Assembly: GCA_030704615.1 (NCBI GenBank)
Contig: CM060731.1
Location: 26,598,001 to 26,662,000, forward strand
DNA: 64,000 nucleotides
DNA from: Takakia lepidozioides
Taxonomy: Eukaryota > Plantae > Bryophyta
Direction: 5' to 3'
Part shown: positions 60,401-64,000 of the stretch, piece by piece
Layout: every line of letters starts with the position of its first letter
Position numbering within the stretch: the stretch's first letter is position 1
Position numbers and translations under genes: made by a program
Notes under the pieces: generated by a model
The model's database searches: none
The model's input: only the letters and a program-made list of their open reading frames with translations
Told to the model about the DNA's origin: nothing

Positions 60401-63400
60401 ATGATGGGTCGGCAATTCTCAACTGCTTCACGAAAGCACTCATTATAGTCCTTCTTGTAGCGGTCATCTCTTTCTGGATGCGACTCTCAACCCCTTTGCT
60501 GTCCTTCTCTCCTCAGGGGTAGAGCTGTAGTATTCCAGTTTGCCACGCTCCCCTGCATCTGCAATGTCTTGCTGCAAGGGAATGCAAGAGAGTTGCATCA
60601 GCACAAGGTCAAGGGAAACAAACAGAAACAAACATGTGGAATATGGAAGACCAGATGAAGGAAGATGTATCTCACCGTGTACATGTACTCCATGAAAGCC
60701 TCACGGGTCAACGAGTACCACGTTTCCGATGTCTTGGAGCTTTCGCACTTCTTGTACATCTCCGCTGAAAGGATGGTCTTGAAGTTGGTCAAGGGCATCT
60801 GCCCTATCCTTTGTATCCTATACAGTGTGTGAACCAAACTCGTTTTGACATGCGATGTCTCCGTTCCTCTGCAGAATGATATCTGCAAGTCAGAATGAAA
60901 TTCAAGGTCTTCAATCAAAGAAGAACGGAACCACAAGTGGAACATGTAGAATGAGAAACCAACCTGTTCACATCATTCATTGCCGTCAGAAGACCCATCA
61001 TGTTCCCGTCACAATCCAGCACCATCGATCGAACAGAGTAATGCCACTCTTCCTCCTGTGAGTGCAGCCTCCCAATGACAGCCATCCATGCAAGCAAGCG
61101 GTGGTTCCCATCCCAAACGTGAAACATCTTTCCCGAGAATGCCTGGGTGGAAGGTTTCCTGGAGAGAAGAAGTTCGAAGGATTCGTTCAGCTGTCTCCAA
61201 ATGGGGTCCCAGGAGTCCACGATTGACTGATCCACGAGGAGCTCATTACCTTTGGAATCCCTAGTAGAAACGTAAAAGACTGCGGATCCATCCAAATACC
61301 CATGCACAAACTCGGCCTCCAGCTTGAGAATGTCCTTGACGAGGGGTGTACGAACGACGGGCATGGAAACCAACCTACACAGGGGAATCTTCAACCTCCC
61401 ACCAGGGGCAAGCATACTTTGCACCACAAGCTGAGAGTTTACCTTCTGACCCCCCAGCATCTCAGCGGCTTTGCTTTCATAGAACTCATCGTCCACATCA
61501 ACAATTATCTCCTTCTCCTGACCCGAAGGGACCTCATCTGCCACACTTTGCATCTTCTCCTGCAGGGTTGTTCATTCAACTTGATATTAGAGAGGCATGA
61601 AACGACGGCTGAGGCATGAAAAAGTGGGCTCAAAGAGTGTGCGTTGACGCACACTATTTTAAGCTGCCAGGTAAGTGTACATTGACCCTCACAGACATGT
61701 CCTATGTTGCCGAATTCCACAGAAAAAGACAATGTAAAAGTGGGCTCAAACAGTGTGCGTTGACGCACACTGTTTCACTTGCCATGTAAATGATCATTGA
61801 ACATCTACTTTGCCAGGTAAGTGTTCATTGTAAACTCCAAGATATTTCATCCTCAGAAACGTGCCCTAAATGCCGAATTTAAACCGGAAAAACACTTAAA
61901 TGTAGAGCTCAAACAATGTGCGCCAACGCACACTGTTTGAGCTGCCACTGAATGGTTATTTCATCCTCAGAAACGTGCCCTAAACGCCGAATTTCAATCG
62001 GAAAAAACACTTACATGTTCAACTCAAATAGTCTGCGCCAACGCACACTGTTTGAGCTGCCACTGAATGGTTATTTCATCATCATAAACCTGCCCTGGAA
62101 GTCCGAATTTAACACCAAAAAAACAGTGACATGTACAGCTCAGACAGTGTGCGCCAACGCACACTGTTTGAGCTGCCACTGAATGGTTATTTCATCATCA
62201 TAAACCTGCCCTGGAAGTCCGAATTTAACACCAAAAAAACAGTGACATGTACAGCTCAAACAGTGTGCGCCAACGCACACTGTTTGAGCTGCCACTGAAT
62301 GGTTATTTCATCATCATAAACCTGCCCTGGAAGTCCGAATTTAACACCAAAACAACAGTGACATGTACAGCTCAAACAGTGTGCGCCAACGCACACTGTT
62401 TGAGCTGCCACTGAATGGTTATTTCATTATCATAAACCTGCCCTGGAAGTCCGAATTTAACACCAAAAAAACAGTGACATGTACAGCTCAGACAGTGTGC
62501 GCCAACGCACACTGTTTGAGCTGCCACTGAATGGTTATTTCATCATCATAAACCTGCCCTGGAAGTCCGAATTTAACACCAAAAAAAAAGTGACATGTAC
62601 AGCTCAAACAGTGTGCGGCAACGCACACTGTTTGAGCTGCCACTGAATGGTTATTTCATCCTCAGAAACGTGCCCTAAATGCCGAATTTAAACACCAAAA
62701 AAACACTTACATGTTCAGCTCAAACAGTGTGCGCCAACGCACACTGTTTGAGCTGCCACTGAATGGTTATTTCATCCTCAGAAACGTGCCCTAAATGCTG
62801 AATTTTAACACCAAAAAAACAGTGACATGTTCAGCTGAAATAGTGTGCGCCAACGCACACTGTTTGAGCTTCCACTGAATGGTTCATCATCATAAACTTG
62901 CCCTGGAAGTCCAAATTTAACACCAAAAAAACAGTGACATGTACAGCTCAAACAGTGTGCGCCAACGCACATTGTTTGAGCTGCCACTGAATGGTTATTT
63001 CATCCTCAGAAACGTGCCCTAAATGCCGAATTTTAACACCAAAAAACACTTACATGTTCAGCTCAAACAGTGTGCGCCAACGCACACTGTTTGAGCTGCC
63101 ACTGAATGGTTATTTCATACTCAGAAACCTGCCCTGGAAGTCCAAATTTAACACCAAAAAAATAGTGACATGTACAGCTCAAACAGTGTGCGCCAACGCA
63201 CACTGTTTGAGCTGCCACTGAATGGTTATTTCATCATCATAAACCTGCCCTGGAAGTCCGAATTTAACACCAAAAAAACAGTGACATGTACAGCTCAAAC
63301 AGTGTGCACCAACGCACACTGTTTGAGCTGCCACTGAATGGTTATTTCATCCTCAGAAACGTGCCCTAAATGCCGAATTTTAACACCAAAAAAACACTTA

Positions 63401-64000
63401 CATGTTCAGCTCAAACAGTGTGCGCCAACGCACACTGTTTGAGCTGCCACTGAATGGTTATTCCATCATCAGAAACATGCCCTAAAGGGCGAATTCGACA
63501 CGGAGAAAACCGTGACATGTAGAGCTCAAAAGGGTTCTGTCGTCTTGACATACATATCTTGGAAAACCGATATCCAGGGAAACAGCAGTGAAATGTTCAG
63601 CTCAACTCACACTGTTTGAGGTTGGAATTTGGGTTGTGTTGAACCTGCTGTAGTGCCCAAGTTTGGGCGTTTCGCACCTGAACAATCAAGCAAATTGGTA
63701 GGCCGCACACCGTTTGGGCTTCCAGTTTGCGGTGCTTTCAGCGTGGTGCAGATGTCCTGTGTGGGCTATATTCATATCAGCAACGAAACAGAGATGTGGG
63801 TCTTAAGAATTTCACCTTTTTCTTGGCTGCTCCAGAAGACTCCCCAATTGCTGGGGACCCTTTGCGCTTCGGGCTGCTCTCTGTGCCGAGCGTGTACGTG
63901 AGCCTCTCCCCCTTCCTCTTTCCCGCAGGCAGACTCCTCGTGAGGCCACCTTCAACATCCTCTTCCATCTCGTCTGTCTCTCCCTCAGATGCGGTGTCCT
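57450..64000 (-). pseudogene. Spliced gene for a ParB/sulfiredoxin-like domain fused to a beta-class N4/N6 DNA methyltransferase, disrupted by four frameshifts; exons >64000-63816, 61559-60964, 60868-60676, 60571-60132, 60012-59789, 59647-58995, 58892-58554, 58427-58143, 58026-57837, 57630-57450
   Basis: GT-AG introns in consistent phase; KIPLCRL...R...FHVWDGNHRLLAW (ParB-like); ELIILDIPD...W....FLSDAGVLVL (motif IV region); RERSPAFIQTIVECCT..DARVLDLSMGTG|ASYHACKASARHLFGIEGD (motifs X-I-II); frameshifts near 60505, 59415, 59170 and 58310. Confidence 0.8.
61620..63530. repeat. 116-bp tandem repeat array, each unit with an 18-bp-stem palindrome; lies in intron 61560-63815
   Basis: Consensus CAGCTCAAACAGTGTGCG-CCAA-CGCACACTGTTTGAGCTG (some copies with 1-2 mismatches) at about 61905, 62020, 62136, 62252, 62368, 62484, 62600, 62716, 62832, 62944, 63059, 63175, 63291 and 63407, plus diverged copies near 61626 and 61743. 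Confidence 0.95.

Noticed and set aside
61620-63530. CRISPR-like appearance (palindromic repeat with regular spacing)
   Set aside because: The intervening sequences are not unique spacers but two recurring variants; there are no cas genes and the context is a eukaryotic intron.

Overview
Intron-rich nuclear DNA from a land plant. A non-seed plant such as a hornwort or other bryophyte is my inference, from compact introns, a DUF2993 gene and non-L1-type LINEs. Host genes reconstructed by hand: the 3' part of a phosphoacetylglucosamine mutase (1-4785, +), a secreted LRR protein (6098-7996, -), a RHON1-like Rho_N protein with an expanded internal repeat (12941-14733, -), a six-exon DUF2993/LmeA-like gene not evident from the ORF track (20593-23398, +), a SURNod19 gene and its decayed tandem paralog (24577-28260, +), and an 18-exon plastid acyl-activating enzyme of the AAE15/16 type (35406-52197, -). 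The AAE introns hold a TSD-delimited LINE nested in another LINE, many short LINE 3' fragments and a hAT MITE. 28.4-35.2 kb is decayed gypsy/copia/LINE sequence. The most unusual part is 55-64 kb. It contains a CACTA-like terminus, a tandemly amplified PPR gene fragment, and a spliced gene (57450 to beyond 64000, -; four frameshifts in this copy) that fuses a ParB/sulfiredoxin-like DGNHR domain to a prokaryote-type beta-class N4/N6 DNA methyltransferase domain. One of its introns is filled by about 14 copies of a 116-bp repeat, each built around an 18-bp-stem palindrome. All family assignments come from motif recognition; no searches were run.
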